Assembly: GCA_041891055.1 (NCBI GenBank)
Contig: CP169074.1
Location: forward strand, 608,001-672,000
Direction: 5' to 3'
DNA from: Halorutilales archaeon Cl-col2-1
GTDB taxonomy: Archaea > Halobacteriota > Halobacteria > Halobacteriales > Afararchaeaceae
DNA: 64,000 nucleotides
Below, in pieces: positions 9,230-19,379 of the stretch (the first letter of the stretch is position 1; each line of letters opens with the position of its first letter). Made by a program: the position numbers and the translations under genes. The notes beneath the pieces are model-generated. The model had not been told where the DNA came from, did no database searches, and saw only the letters and a program-made list of their open reading frames with translations.

Positions 9230-9799
9230 ATGAAGATATACACGGGAAGAGGTGACAAGGGACAGACTGATCTCAGAAACGGCGGACGCGTCTCTAAGTC
9301 GTCTGCAAGGATAGAGGCATACGGAACAGTCGACGAACTCAACGCACACGTCGGCTTCGCTGCCTCGAACCTCGACGCGGGTCAGCACGGCGATGTCGTC
9401 GACGTTCTCAAGGAGGTACAGAACCGTCTCTTCAAGGCACAGGCTCATCTCTCGAACCCCGACAAGGGAGAAGACGACCCACGTGTCACTGACGACGACA
9501 CCGACTGGCTGGAGGAGAAGTGTGATGACTTCGACGAGGAGATCCCGCCTCTCGAATCCTTCATACTTCCGAGCGGGTCGTCAGCGGGTTCATCTCTCCA
9601 TCTCGCACGTACTGTATGTAGGAGATCTGAGAGACGCTCGGTGGGCCTCCTCGCCGAGGTAGAAGAGACAGAAGGTACCGACGTCGACGACACACAGAAG
9701 GTCGTCCAGTTCCTCAACAGGCTGTCCGACCTCCTGTTCATACTCGGACGTGTGGTCAACCACAGGGAAGGCACCAAGGAAGAACGTCCGACGTACTAG
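9230..9799 (+). CDS. pduO: ATP:cob(I)alamin adenosyltransferase, PduO type
   Basis: KIYTGRGDKGQT, YGTVDELN, RTVCRRSER, LNRLSD. Confidence 0.93.
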   Translation: MKIYTGRGDKGQTDLRNGGRVSKSSARIEAYGTVDELNAHVGFAASNLDAGQHGDVVDVLKEVQNRLFKAQAHLSNPDKGEDDPRVTDDDTDWLEEKCDDFDEEIPPLESFILPSGSSAGSSLHLARTVCRRSERRSVGLLAEVEETEGTDVDDTQKVVQFLNRLSDLLFILGRVVNHREGTKEERPTY

Positions 9800-11155
9800 C
9801 TAAGCCAGTTCTTTTCTCTCAGCCGTCTCCGATCCACGTCCCAGTGTCTCCTCAACCTGTGTGTAGACCAAGACCGCCCCGACCGCGGCGAGGAAAGAGC
9901 CGAAGACGAAGGGGTAGACGTAGCCGTAGTCGACGAGGAACCCCGACGACAGCGGACCTATTGCTATTCCGAGACCAAAACTCATAGTGAGGACTGAGAG
10001 CTGAGTTCCCGACTCGCCAGTCCTTGCTATGTCACCCGCGAGTGCGAGAGCGGGAGCGAAGACCATAGCACCCGCGACACCCTGTACGAAACGCGCGACT
10101 ATCATCTGTGCGGGGACTGTGACGAGACCCTGTGCGAGTGTCGAGGGTACGAGTAAGACGAGTCCCGCGACGATGAATGGCTTACGTCCTATACGGTCAC
10201 TCACGCTACCTATGGGTGCCTGTAGGAGAACCTGTGCGCCCACGAAGGCGGCGAACTCGACACCGAAGAGAAAGCTTCCCTGTCCGAGACGTGCGTTGAC
10301 GTGTGTCTCTATAGCGGCAAGGAGGGCTATCCCGACCGCCATGAAGAGCGAGGCTACGCCGAGAGTGAAGACGGGATCGAGTGTCCTTCGGTCGCCGTCG
10401 TAGAAGACCGAGACAGAGAGATTGCCTCCAGCCTCCTCTTCGAGCTCCTCGGGGTCGGTGACGAGTATGTGAACTAAGAAGATACTCAACATCGCCGAGA
10501 CCGACGCGATGTAGAAAGCAGCGTTGAAGCCGTTTACCGTGAGACCCGCGACCATGTAGGGACCTGCCTCGACTATGCCACCCGCGACTAGAGGTCCCGC
10601 GCCGAAGCCGAGGAGACGGAAGGTGTTGTAGACACCCATGTTGCTACCACGTGTCGTGTCGGTCGCAAGCTCGTTGACGAGTGCTATCGAGGTGGGTATT
10701 GTGAAGGCGACCCCGATACCCTGTACAGCACGGACGACGAACATGACCTCGTAGCTCCCGACTACTGAGTAGAGGAAGTTGGTGACCGCGAGTATTCCGA
10801 GACCCGTTATAACGAATATCTTCCTCCTCCGGAGTGAGTCGGAGAGCCTACCCGTGAAAGGCTGTCCGAAGCTGTTGAGGAAGCCGAACGACGAGAGTAT
10901 TATTCCGGTTATGAGACCTATGCTTATAGCACCCGCCTCACCGACTGAGAAGCCGACGAAGTCGCCGGTTATACGTCCGCTGTGTATGTAGAGAGGGAGT
11001 ACGATTATGAGAAACGAGTTCCCGAGCGAGTCCGCCATCCTCGCGAAAGCGAGAGCGAGTACACGTCTGTCGGTGTCGATTCCGAGGTAAGTTCTTGACT
11101 CCGAGTCTGACTCTGACTCTGATTCTGACTCCGATCTCGACCCGGAACCAGACAT
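9800..11155 (-). CDS. MFS transporter
   Basis: GRLSDSLRRRK and GSVSDRIGRK motif A repeats; about 12 TM segments. Confidence 0.92.
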   Translation of the reverse strand: MSGSGSRSESESESESDSESRTYLGIDTDRRVLALAFARMADSLGNSFLIIVLPLYIHSGRITGDFVGFSVGEAGAISIGLITGIILSSFGFLNSFGQPFTGRLSDSLRRRKIFVITGLGILAVTNFLYSVVGSYEVMFVVRAVQGIGVAFTIPTSIALVNELATDTTRGSNMGVYNTFRLLGFGAGPLVAGGIVEAGPYMVAGLTVNGFNAAFYIASVSAMLSIFLVHILVTDPEELEEEAGGNLSVSVFYDGDRRTLDPVFTLGVASLFMAVGIALLAAIETHVNARLGQGSFLFGVEFAAFVGAQVLLQAPIGSVSDRIGRKPFIVAGLVLLVPSTLAQGLVTVPAQMIVARFVQGVAGAMVFAPALALAGDIARTGESGTQLSVLTMSFGLGIAIGPLSSGFLVDYGYVYPFVFGSFLAAVGAVLVYTQVEETLGRGSETAERKELA

Positions 11156-11964
11156 CAGTCGGTACCTCCTTGCCTCTCTCTTTCACCCCTCTCCCACAGA
11201 GACTCGAATGTCGTGTGTAGCTCGTCGACTACACGTCCGTCCCTGAAGTTTATGACCGAGAGTATCTCCGACTCGTCGGAGGGATGGAGAACCTCTATAC
11301 ACGCCTCCGACGAGTCTATGACGTTGAAACGCTGTCTCGGGACGTCGTCTATACGTCTCAGTTCGAGCCCCTCCTCTATAAGAAGACTCAGGTCGACGAG
11401 TTCGTCGTCCTCTCCGGTTATGAGTCTGACGTCGACGCCGTCATTGAGTATACCGTATATCTTCTCGACGAACCTCTTCTGTATCTCCCTCGGAGTGTCG
11501 CCCGAGCTAGCACAGATTAGTATCTCGTCTTCTGCGGTCGAGAACCTCTCAAAGAGAAGCTCCTTCGCGTTCTCCTCGTGGACTGCTGTGGTCCAGAATC
11601 CCGACCCCGACTCGACGGAGTCGTCGGAGCCGAGACGTGAGAGTAGATCCTTAGCCTCGTCGGCAGCTTCCTCGTACTCCTTCTCCTTCCTCGAAAGCTC
11701 TTCCTCGCGTGAACTCAGAAGTCGACCGACAGCGGTCTCAGGATCGACGGCGGAGTACCTCTTGGGACGTGACTCGTCACATCTCACCAGCGACTTCTCC
11801 GAGAGCGAGTTGAGTACATCGTAGATACGTCCCTTAGGCACCTCCGACCTCCCAGAGATTTCCTCCGCCGAGATCACAGACACCTTAGCGAGAACTAGAT
11901 ACGCCCGAGCCTCGTACTCCGAGAGACCGAGATCCTTCAGACGTTCGAGTAGATCCGTGTCCAT
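11155..11964 (-). CDS. TrmB family transcriptional regulator
   Basis: LGLSEYEARAY, VPKGRIYDVL, RPKRY wHTH; PLD-like C-terminal domain. Confidence 0.92.
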   Translation of the reverse strand: MDTDLLERLKDLGLSEYEARAYLVLAKVSVISAEEISGRSEVPKGRIYDVLNSLSEKSLVRCDESRPKRYSAVDPETAVGRLLSSREEELSRKEKEYEEAADEAKDLLSRLGSDDSVESGSGFWTTAVHEENAKELLFERFSTAEDEILICASSGDTPREIQKRFVEKIYGILNDGVDVRLITGEDDELVDLSLLIEEGLELRRIDDVPRQRFNVIDSSEACIEVLHPSDESEILSVINFRDGRVVDELHTTFESLWERGERERQGGTD

Positions 11965-12085
11965 CTAAGCCATCTTCGGAGACTGTAAACAACACTCTTA
12001 TGGTTTCTTTCTGAGCTTGAAACAACAGTTTGAGTGTTTAGGATAGACAGGATTATATATCGCCGAGACTCGGTTTAACACACGT

Positions 12086-13720
12086 ATGAAACGTGTATCT
12101 GTGTCTGGTGTAGCCACGTTACTACTCGTGATTATGGTATCTGTACAGCCCGTCGCCGGGGCTGACTCGGTGATAGGAAGTCCCGAGATAGATCTGTCTG
12201 TACGTGACAACCATTTCTCGTCTAACACAGACGCCGACGTCGAAGTCTGGATAACTAACAACGGTGACCTCGAACAGGGAGGTCCCGCACAGCACGAACA
12301 GCGCGTCAAGACGGCACGTAACCTCCAGATGAGCATAGACGAGAGCCGACTCGACGCTCCGATAGACGTCCAGTCGGGAACAGTCTCCGTCGGATCAGTC
12401 CCCGAGGGTGGCGCAGGACCCTACTCGTTCGATATCGAGATAGGAGACGCCGAACCGGGCACCTACCGAATTCCGGTCGAGGTGAGCTACGACTACACAC
12501 GTTCGGTTGAGTACAGCGACGTCACAGCGCCCGACTACAACGATTTCTCGCGCGAGGAGACTAAGTACATAGAGATAGTCATCGAGAGGAGACCCGAGTT
12601 CGAGATAGCCACCTCCGAGTCAGAGAATGTCTTCGCTGGAGACACGGGACGTCTTAAGTTTAGCCTCCGAAACACGGGTGTCGAGACTGCTTACGACCCA
12701 CGTATAAGGCTGGAGTCTGGATCGGAAGGTGTCTTCTTCGGAGGCATGAGCCAGAGACAGAGGTCGAGAACCGTATCGTCAAGTCCTATAGAGCCGGGAT
12801 CGGTAAAGGAGTACACCATCAAGGTGGGAGCCGACTCCGACGTAGTACCGGGTAAGTATCCCGTGAACGCAGTAGTCGAGTACGAGAACTCGAACGGGGT
12901 CACAGAGACCTCGGAGACTCTCCGCACTAACGTCGATGTGATGCCTGAGAGGACGTTCACGCTCGAAGACGTATCCTCGGAGGCACTCAGGGTCGACGAG
13001 GACGACGCGACTGTCTCGGGAAGTCTGACTAACATGGGTAGCTCGCCAGTCAGAAACGTCGTCGTGACTGTCTCCTCGGGAGATACGTCGGGTATACGTG
13101 TCACCGGTGGGGAGTCGGCGGTCGGCGACCTCGGAGCGGGAGAGTCGTCGGAGGTCGGGTTCGATCTTTCGGTGAACGAAAACGCCGAGCCGGGCAGCCG
13201 TGAACTCGTCTTCGACGTCAAGTACGAGAACTCATACGGAGAGACGAGACGGTACTCCGAGCCCATAAGGAAGAGCTTCGAAGTCGGTGAGGAAATCGAT
13301 CCCTTCGAGGTCACCTCAGTCAACACGAGCCTCACGTCGGGAGGCACAGCCGAGATGCGTGTCGATGTCACCAACAACGCCGACTACGCGGCTGACAACA
13401 TCAACGCCAAGGTATTCGTGAGCGATCCCATATCGAGCGGCGACGACGAGGCTTTCCTGGGTGAGATGGGGCCGGGTGAGACCAAGACTGCCGTCTTCAC
13501 AGTCAGCGCGACTTCGTCGGCGATCCCGAAGGAGTACACGGGATCGATGGAGATCAGGTACGACGACAGAGGAGGTGACACTCAGTTCACCGACAGCCTC
13601 TCGGTCGGCATACCCATCGAGGAGTCGGAGGGAGGCGGACCCCCGGTTCCGTACGTCGTCGCTGGCTTAGTCGTCGTGGTAGTCGCAGTAGGAGCCTTCG
13701 TCTGGAGACGTAGAACGTAA
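12086..13720 (+). CDS. COG1361 S-layer-family/CARDB-repeat cell-surface protein
   Basis: Signal peptide, repeated Ig-like units (PGTY, LGxLxPGE-like) and C-terminal TM + RRR. Confidence 0.85.
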   Translation: MKRVSVSGVATLLLVIMVSVQPVAGADSVIGSPEIDLSVRDNHFSSNTDADVEVWITNNGDLEQGGPAQHEQRVKTARNLQMSIDESRLDAPIDVQSGTVSVGSVPEGGAGPYSFDIEIGDAEPGTYRIPVEVSYDYTRSVEYSDVTAPDYNDFSREETKYIEIVIERRPEFEIATSESENVFAGDTGRLKFSLRNTGVETAYDPRIRLESGSEGVFFGGMSQRQRSRTVSSSPIEPGSVKEYTIKVGADSDVVPGKYPVNAVVEYENSNGVTETSETLRTNVDVMPERTFTLEDVSSEALRVDEDDATVSGSLTNMGSSPVRNVVVTVSSGDTSGIRVTGGESAVGDLGAGESSEVGFDLSVNENAEPGSRELVFDVKYENSYGETRRYSEPIRKSFEVGEEIDPFEVTSVNTSLTSGGTAEMRVDVTNNADYAADNINAKVFVSDPISSGDDEAFLGEMGPGETKTAVFTVSATSSAIPKEYTGSMEIRYDDRGGDTQFTDSLSVGIPIEESEGGGPPVPYVVAGLVVVVVAVGAFVWRRRT

Positions 13721-13732
13721 AACAAGAACAAG

Positions 13733-15967
13733 ATGGAGTTACTAAGAAAGCCGTTTGAGTACCTCGGCGAGAGGATAGAGAGACATCCCCTCGTCTTCGT
13801 GGCTCTCGCAGTCGTCCTTTTATTCGTCGCGGTGGGAGGAGCCTCACAGATAACCAGCGTGACGGGTGACAGGGCGTTCATAAGCGAGAACCCGACCTAC
13901 GACCAGTACACTGAGAACTTCGACAGAGGCGCGATAGCCGTACTCGTGAGGGGAGAGGTCGACGACCCCAAGACGATGGAGGCGATAGACAGGTTCGACT
14001 CACGTATGTCGGAGGTCGAGAACGTCGAGACGGTCGTGAGTCCCGCCGACAGGGTGAGGGCGGAGTACGGCGGCATACCCGAGTCCTCGGAGGAGATCAA
14101 CTCCGTCGTGGGGAATCCGAGGTACACAGTCGTCCAGGTCGTTCTCAAGCCCGACCTGACACAGCAGGACGAGAAGCCCGTCTACGAGAAGTCGGTCGAG
14201 GCGAAGGACTGGGCGGAGTTCCCCGCGGGAGTATCGGTCACCATCACCGGAAATCCCGCTTTCTCGGCACAGCTCTCCGACACGATACAGAGTAGCACAC
14301 AGAGCCAGCTTCGTCTCGCAGTCGGTCTGATGATCGTCGCTCTCTTCTTCTTCTTCAGAGGAGTACGTCTGCGTCTCCTTCCGATAGTCGCGGTCTTCGT
14401 AGGGGTCATCTATACCTTCGGTGCGATGGGTTACCTCGGAATACCCAACTCGACCCTCACGAGTGCTGTCTTCCCGATACTCATAGGACTCGGCATAGAC
14501 TACTCAGTACAGTTCCACCAGAGATACGAGGAAGAACTCGACAGAAACCCGCCGAGTGTCGCGCTTCCACGTGCTCTCAAGGGTATTGGTCCTGCGGTCT
14601 TGGTAGCTATGCTCGCGGCGGGACTCGGCTTCGCGGCGACGTGGATAACCTCGGTCGGCACGCCCGCACTCGTCTGGTTCTCACAGACGTCGATCATCGG
14701 CATAATCCTCTCGTACATATCCGGGATCATACTTCTCCTCTCAGTCCTGACTATCTACGCCCACTGGAAGGAGAGAGGGTCGAATGTCGACGAGAACGAC
14801 AGGGAGGGAACCTACACGAAGGAGAAGCCGAGACAGGAGGTCATGACGGCAACCCTCTTCGGCAGGATAATAGGAAAGGGTTCGAGGAAGCTGGCTCAGC
14901 GTCCTGGAGCCGTCATACTCGTCGCGGGACTCCTCATGGTGGGGGGTCTCTACGTCAGCGAGGATCTAGACACTCTCACAGACAGCGAGGAGTTCATACC
15001 ACAGGATCTCCCCGCGTACGTCAATCTCCAGAACTTCCGGAGCGTGACAGGAGGCGGAAGTAGCGTTCAGTACTCAGTTCTCGTAAGTGGCTCGGATCTC
15101 AGAAACCCCGAGACACTCGACTGGATGGAGGAGTTCGAGACCGTAGCGACGGGTAAGCCCCTGATTACGGGAGTCGACTCGCCTACCGACCTCGTCAAAC
15201 AGAACAACGCCGGCGAGATACCTGAGACACGTGCGGGCGTCGAAGAAGTCATCTCTCGCCTCACAGAGAGCCAGACTGCTGTCTACTACTCCGACGGATA
15301 CGCACATATCACGGTCAACGCCGAGCGGGGAATGGACACCGACGAAGTACTGTCGTTCGTCGACAACGTCGAGAGAGCGATAGAGACGAGTCAGCCTCCT
15401 CCCGGTGTCGAAGCCGATCTGACGGGGTCGTCGGTTCTCTCGCCACAGAACACAGTCAGCGGAATAGAGTCGAGGAACACGACGACAGCCCTCGGTGCCT
15501 TCCTCGTCTTCATGCTCCTTCTCGTCTACTACAGGAGCCCCGTGAAGTCAGTCGCGCCGGTAGTCCCTATGCTGTTCGTCGTGGGATGGCAGGGTCTATA
15601 CATGTACCTACTCGGAATCAAGGTCTCCCCCCTGAGCGCGTCCCTCGGAGCTCTCACGATAGGAATAGGCGCGGAGTACACAGTGATAGTGATGGAGAGG
15701 TACTTCGAGGAGAAGAGATCGGGAGCCTCGAAGCTCGACGCGATCGAGACTGCGACTTCACGTGTCGGAGAGGCGATAACCGTCTCGGGTCTCACGACTA
15801 TATTCGGCTTCTCGGCTCTGGTCGCCTCGCCGTTCCCGATACTCAGCGACTTCGGTACAGTGACGGTCGGAATACTCGGTATGACACTCGTCGCCGCGCT
15901 CGTGACACTCCCGCCGACACTCGTCCTCCTCGATGGGATAGGGGAGAAGGTTAACGAGAATCTCTGA
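13733..15967 (+). CDS. RND/MMPL (HAE3) family transporter
   Basis: GLGIDYSV and GIGAEY motifs; two-fold 6-TM repeat. Confidence 0.92.
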   Translation: MELLRKPFEYLGERIERHPLVFVALAVVLLFVAVGGASQITSVTGDRAFISENPTYDQYTENFDRGAIAVLVRGEVDDPKTMEAIDRFDSRMSEVENVETVVSPADRVRAEYGGIPESSEEINSVVGNPRYTVVQVVLKPDLTQQDEKPVYEKSVEAKDWAEFPAGVSVTITGNPAFSAQLSDTIQSSTQSQLRLAVGLMIVALFFFFRGVRLRLLPIVAVFVGVIYTFGAMGYLGIPNSTLTSAVFPILIGLGIDYSVQFHQRYEEELDRNPPSVALPRALKGIGPAVLVAMLAAGLGFAATWITSVGTPALVWFSQTSIIGIILSYISGIILLLSVLTIYAHWKERGSNVDENDREGTYTKEKPRQEVMTATLFGRIIGKGSRKLAQRPGAVILVAGLLMVGGLYVSEDLDTLTDSEEFIPQDLPAYVNLQNFRSVTGGGSSVQYSVLVSGSDLRNPETLDWMEEFETVATGKPLITGVDSPTDLVKQNNAGEIPETRAGVEEVISRLTESQTAVYYSDGYAHITVNAERGMDTDEVLSFVDNVERAIETSQPPPGVEADLTGSSVLSPQNTVSGIESRNTTTALGAFLVFMLLLVYYRSPVKSVAPVVPMLFVVGWQGLYMYLLGIKVSPLSASLGALTIGIGAEYTVIVMERYFEEKRSGASKLDAIETATSRVGEAITVSGLTTIFGFSALVASPFPILSDFGTVTVGILGMTLVAALVTLPPTLVLLDGIGEKVNENL

Positions 15968-16043
15968 AAAGACACCTGAACCGAAGAAAAACAGAACAGA
16001 AAAGTAAGAACGGAGAAACCGAATCTGACGTCTTTTTCTTTAT

Positions 16044-17378
16044 CTATGCGAGGAAGACGTGGCGGGGTCTGTCGGCGAGTATCTCCCTGCCTGCGTCGAC
16101 TGTGTCCTTGAAGTCGTCCGAACGGAAGAATCCCATCGCTGCGTCCTTCGAGTCCCATCTCGAAGTTATGAACATGTCGTTCTCGTCCTCGACGTTTTCG
16201 AGGAGATGTGTCTCCCTGTGTCCGTCCATGTCTTCGAGTAGCTCTCCGGCGTCTGCGAACATGCCCTCGAACTCTTCCTTGTACTCGGGCTCGACCTTGT
16301 AGAACATACCCATCGTCGAGAAGCCGCTGCCCTCTCCGGCTTTGCGAGCTCCCTCTATCTCGCCGAGCTCCTCGTAGACCTCCTCCGCCCCCTGTCTCGA
16401 CTCCCAGAGGGATACGACGGCGTTCTCGGCTTCTGTGGTGTAGACGTCTGTCGATATATGTCCGTCGGCGTCTATGCCCGATCTGATCTCCTCGACCTCA
16501 TCGTGGAGGTCGTCGGCGTCTGCGTCGGAGTAGACGACCATCGCGAAGACGTCCTCTCCATGGGGCTCTCCCGAGTAGATTCCTCTCTCCTCAAGCTCCG
16601 CTCTTATGTCGGTTGTCGGGACTTCGTCACCCGACATGAACGCGTCGAGGTCGGAGGCGGGGAAACGGATTCCGGTATAGAAAGGTCCGAAGTCGGCGTA
16701 TTTCGCACTCGCCTCGTCGAAACGCATCTCATAGACTAGGTGCTTGATAGGAATCATGTCGTCTCCGAAGAGATCGACACCCCACTCCCAGTCGTCAATT
16801 CCGACCGATCCCGAGATCGTCTGTGTGACCTCACCGGCGTACTGTCGTCCTATCATCCCGTGGCTCTTCATCATCTCCTCGCGCTCCTCCTTCGGGAGGC
16901 TGTACCAGTTCTGCCCCTTCTCGCGCTTCTTGTTCATCGGGTAGAACGAGACGAAGTTGGTGTCGGGTATACTCGGGTAGAGACGTGACTCGACGAACTT
17001 CCTCGTCGACTCCTCAAGCTCGTCGGAGGCGATCTCCTCGTTTGTGTAGCCTCCGAGCTCTGTGACCGAGACGTGTGAGTCAGTGCGTGTCGTGAACTCC
17101 GCGAGGGCTGTCGACTCGAACTGTCTCTCTATCGCGTTTAGCTCTTCGAGAGTCTCACGCAGATAGATGAACATCAGGTCAGCCTTGTCGCCGACTACGG
17201 AGTAGACTGCCTGGTCGCCCTCGTCTCCGTCTCCTTCGAGATCTTCTAAGAACTCCTCGCCGTCGGAGACTGCGGACTTCTTCTTTCCTCTCCCCGCTGA
17301 CTCCCAGTCGTCCCAGTCGACGGTTCTCATGTCGTGGAGTATGTACCAGCCTTCTGCTGTGTCGGGTGCTTCTACCAT
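16044..17378 (-). CDS. pitA: PitA-type fusion: chlorite dismutase/coproheme decarboxylase-like + antibiotic-biosynthesis monooxygenase domain
   Basis: EGWYILH, FYPMNK, WYSLP, HGMIGR, DDWEWGV, YEMRFDE; C-terminal ABM domain ending RPRHVFLA. Confidence 0.88.
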   Translation of the reverse strand: MVEAPDTAEGWYILHDMRTVDWDDWESAGRGKKKSAVSDGEEFLEDLEGDGDEGDQAVYSVVGDKADLMFIYLRETLEELNAIERQFESTALAEFTTRTDSHVSVTELGGYTNEEIASDELEESTRKFVESRLYPSIPDTNFVSFYPMNKKREKGQNWYSLPKEEREEMMKSHGMIGRQYAGEVTQTISGSVGIDDWEWGVDLFGDDMIPIKHLVYEMRFDEASAKYADFGPFYTGIRFPASDLDAFMSGDEVPTTDIRAELEERGIYSGEPHGEDVFAMVVYSDADADDLHDEVEEIRSGIDADGHISTDVYTTEAENAVVSLWESRQGAEEVYEELGEIEGARKAGEGSGFSTMGMFYKVEPEYKEEFEGMFADAGELLEDMDGHRETHLLENVEDENDMFITSRWDSKDAAMGFFRSDDFKDTVDAGREILADRPRHVFLA

Positions 17379-17475
17379 ACACGAAGATGTCCCGCGACGA
17401 CCTTATATCCCCCGGATACCCGCGTCTCTCCGATAGGTTTTTGTCTCAAGCCGACCAACCTGAGTGCGTGAACGC

Positions 17476-17551
17476 GCCAAGGTGGCAGAGTCCGGCCTAA
17501 TGCAGCGGCCTGCAGAGCCGCCTATCGCCGGTTCAAATCCGGCCCTTGGCT
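17476..17551 (+). tRNA. tRNA-Cys(GCA)
   Basis: GCCAAGG/CCTTGGC acceptor stem, GCGGC-CTGCAGA-GCCGC anticodon arm, U discriminator. Confidence 0.97.
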
Positions 17552-17600
17552 TATACTGGAGGACAAAAAACGTGGAACACGAACTCTTTCTATGAGTGAT

Positions 17601-17628
17601 CCGTGAATCGAAGGTTCACGATGAGTAC
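17601..17628. repeat. REP-like hairpin CGTGAATC-GAA-GGTTCACG + GAGTAC
   Basis: 24/28 identical to the reverse complement of 37181-37208. Confidence 0.7.
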
Positions 17629-17639
17629 TCGGGTCTACA

Positions 17640-18641
17640 CTACAGAATCCCCTCCACAGACTTCCATAGCCTGATCTTGAACGCCGATCCCTCTCCGTCT
17701 AAGCCGTCGTCCTCTATCCATATGCTCCCCCCGTACTCGTCGACGAGGGAGTCGACTACAAAGAGAGAGATTCCCTCTCCGTGGTGAAGCTGGCTCCTCT
17801 CATCACGTCCCAGTATCTTTTCCCTATCTTCCTCCGCGATCCCGGGACCGTTGTCCCTAACCGACAGCACCACGTTGAAACGGTTCTCCTCAATGTCTAC
17901 CTCAACCCTCGGCGTCTCCTTGTCGTTGTGTACGACGCCGTTCTCTATCACGGCTCTCAGAGCCTCTCCGAGATTATCGTCGGCTCTGACCTTAGTATGA
18001 GCCTTATTTCTCAGATATATTTCGGCGTCGTCGAAACGTCGGCGTGCGTCCTCGACTTCAGCCGAGACCACCTCCCTGAGATTTACACCGCGTGGCGTAG
18101 TCCTCTCTTCGAGAACGTCTTCGAGTCTCCGAGCCTTGTCGGCTGTCTGACTCAGGTTCTCTATCTCGTCGACGGGCTTGTCGAGGTATTCAGCTATCTC
18201 GTTCTCCTCTGAGGCGCGAGCCTCCTCCTCGGCTAACTGTATGTACCCCTTTATCACGGTCAGTCTGTTACGCAGGTCGTGGCGCATCACTCGGCTCAGA
18301 ACGGCTGTACTCTCCTTCGCGCGTCTCTCGTCGCCCACTATTCCGAGGACGAAGTAGGCGGAGAGGCTCGCGGCTACGTTGGCTACTGTCTCGGTCGTCT
18401 CCAGTACTGCGTCGGTCTCAGTACCGTCGAGACCCATCGGAGTCGAAATGAAGAAATACGTCTCGCTCGTCTGATGAGCTGCCATTATCGAGAGAAGAGC
18501 GACCAGAAATACGGGCTTCCAGGATCTGAGTCTGTACGTCTTGAGGACTGAGTAGCCTAAGGAGACCGACAGAAAAGCGAGTGGAACTACCGCATATACG
18601 TACACATCGAAAAGCCGAGATCCTATCATACGATTAACCAC
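17640..18641 (-). CDS. membrane sensor histidine kinase (orphan)
   Basis: About 3 TM segments; H-box RHDLRN, N-box ENGVVHN, DNGPGI, GEGISL. Confidence 0.9.
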   Translation of the reverse strand: MVNRMIGSRLFDVYVYAVVPLAFLSVSLGYSVLKTYRLRSWKPVFLVALLSIMAAHQTSETYFFISTPMGLDGTETDAVLETTETVANVAASLSAYFVLGIVGDERRAKESTAVLSRVMRHDLRNRLTVIKGYIQLAEEEARASEENEIAEYLDKPVDEIENLSQTADKARRLEDVLEERTTPRGVNLREVVSAEVEDARRRFDDAEIYLRNKAHTKVRADDNLGEALRAVIENGVVHNDKETPRVEVDIEENRFNVVLSVRDNGPGIAEEDREKILGRDERSQLHHGEGISLFVVDSLVDEYGGSIWIEDDGLDGEGSAFKIRLWKSVEGIL

Positions 18642-18675
18642 AGTGTTGTGAGTTAAATCCTAAATTTGTTTGGGA

Positions 18676-19376
18676 GGCGGTGTTCAGATAAGGAATGAAT
18701 GAAGGATGAGGCGGGGCGTTTTGAGAGTGTCCATGTCCAAAAACGCCTGCCTCAGTAGAGGTATAGACGCAATCGAATTAGGTTTTATGGAACGAGAAGC
18801 GACACCCCAATTTGCGATGAAGGTAGGTATTCAGATGCATTTGGCTGGATTATCGCTATCGAATACCGCCTCTGTACTGGAGTCCTTGGGTGTCGAGCGA
18901 GTGCGTTCAACAATTCACAACTGGGTGCATAAAGCCGATCTACAGCCAGACAGCGGCGGCAGTCCGAATCAGGTAGCAGTTGACGAAACCATGATTCGGT
19001 TCAACGGGAGGTGGTACTGGCTGTACATGGCTGTAGATCCTGACACTAACGACATCCTCCACACAAAGCTTCAACCAACGAGAAACCACTATACGGCAAA
19101 AGATTTCATGAGTGAACTAATCGAGAAACACGACTTGGACGAGAGTCTGTTTCTCGTTGACGGTAACCTGTCGCTTCATGATGCTTGTCGGTACCACTCA
19201 CTCCGATTTCGGGTCACTAAACATGGAAATCGGAACTCCGTAGAACGCGTCTTTAGAGAATTAAAACGCCGTACGCAAGCCTTCTCAAACAGCTTCAGCA
19301 ACGCTCACCTTCAGACAGCCGACGACTAGCTAAAGTCGTTCGCCTTCGCTTGGAATCATCTTATCTGAACACTACC
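18676..19376 (+). mobile_element. IS6 family element (~701 bp)
   Basis: Terminal inverted repeats GGCGGTGTTCAGATAAG (18676-18692) and CTTATCTGAACACTACC (19360-19376), 15/17 match. Confidence 0.9.
18733..19368 (+). pseudogene. IS6 DDE transposase with premature TAG at 19327
   Basis: VAVDET, FLVDG, NRNSVERVFRE; reads ADD*LKSFAFAWNHLI* where TGG (Trp) is expected. Confidence 0.85.
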
Positions 19377-19379
19377 GGC

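Noticed and set aside
19327-19329. Programmed amber readthrough (pyrrolysine) in the IS6 transposase
   Set aside because: A single TGG-to-TAG transition at an expected Trp is simpler; no pyl genes in the window.
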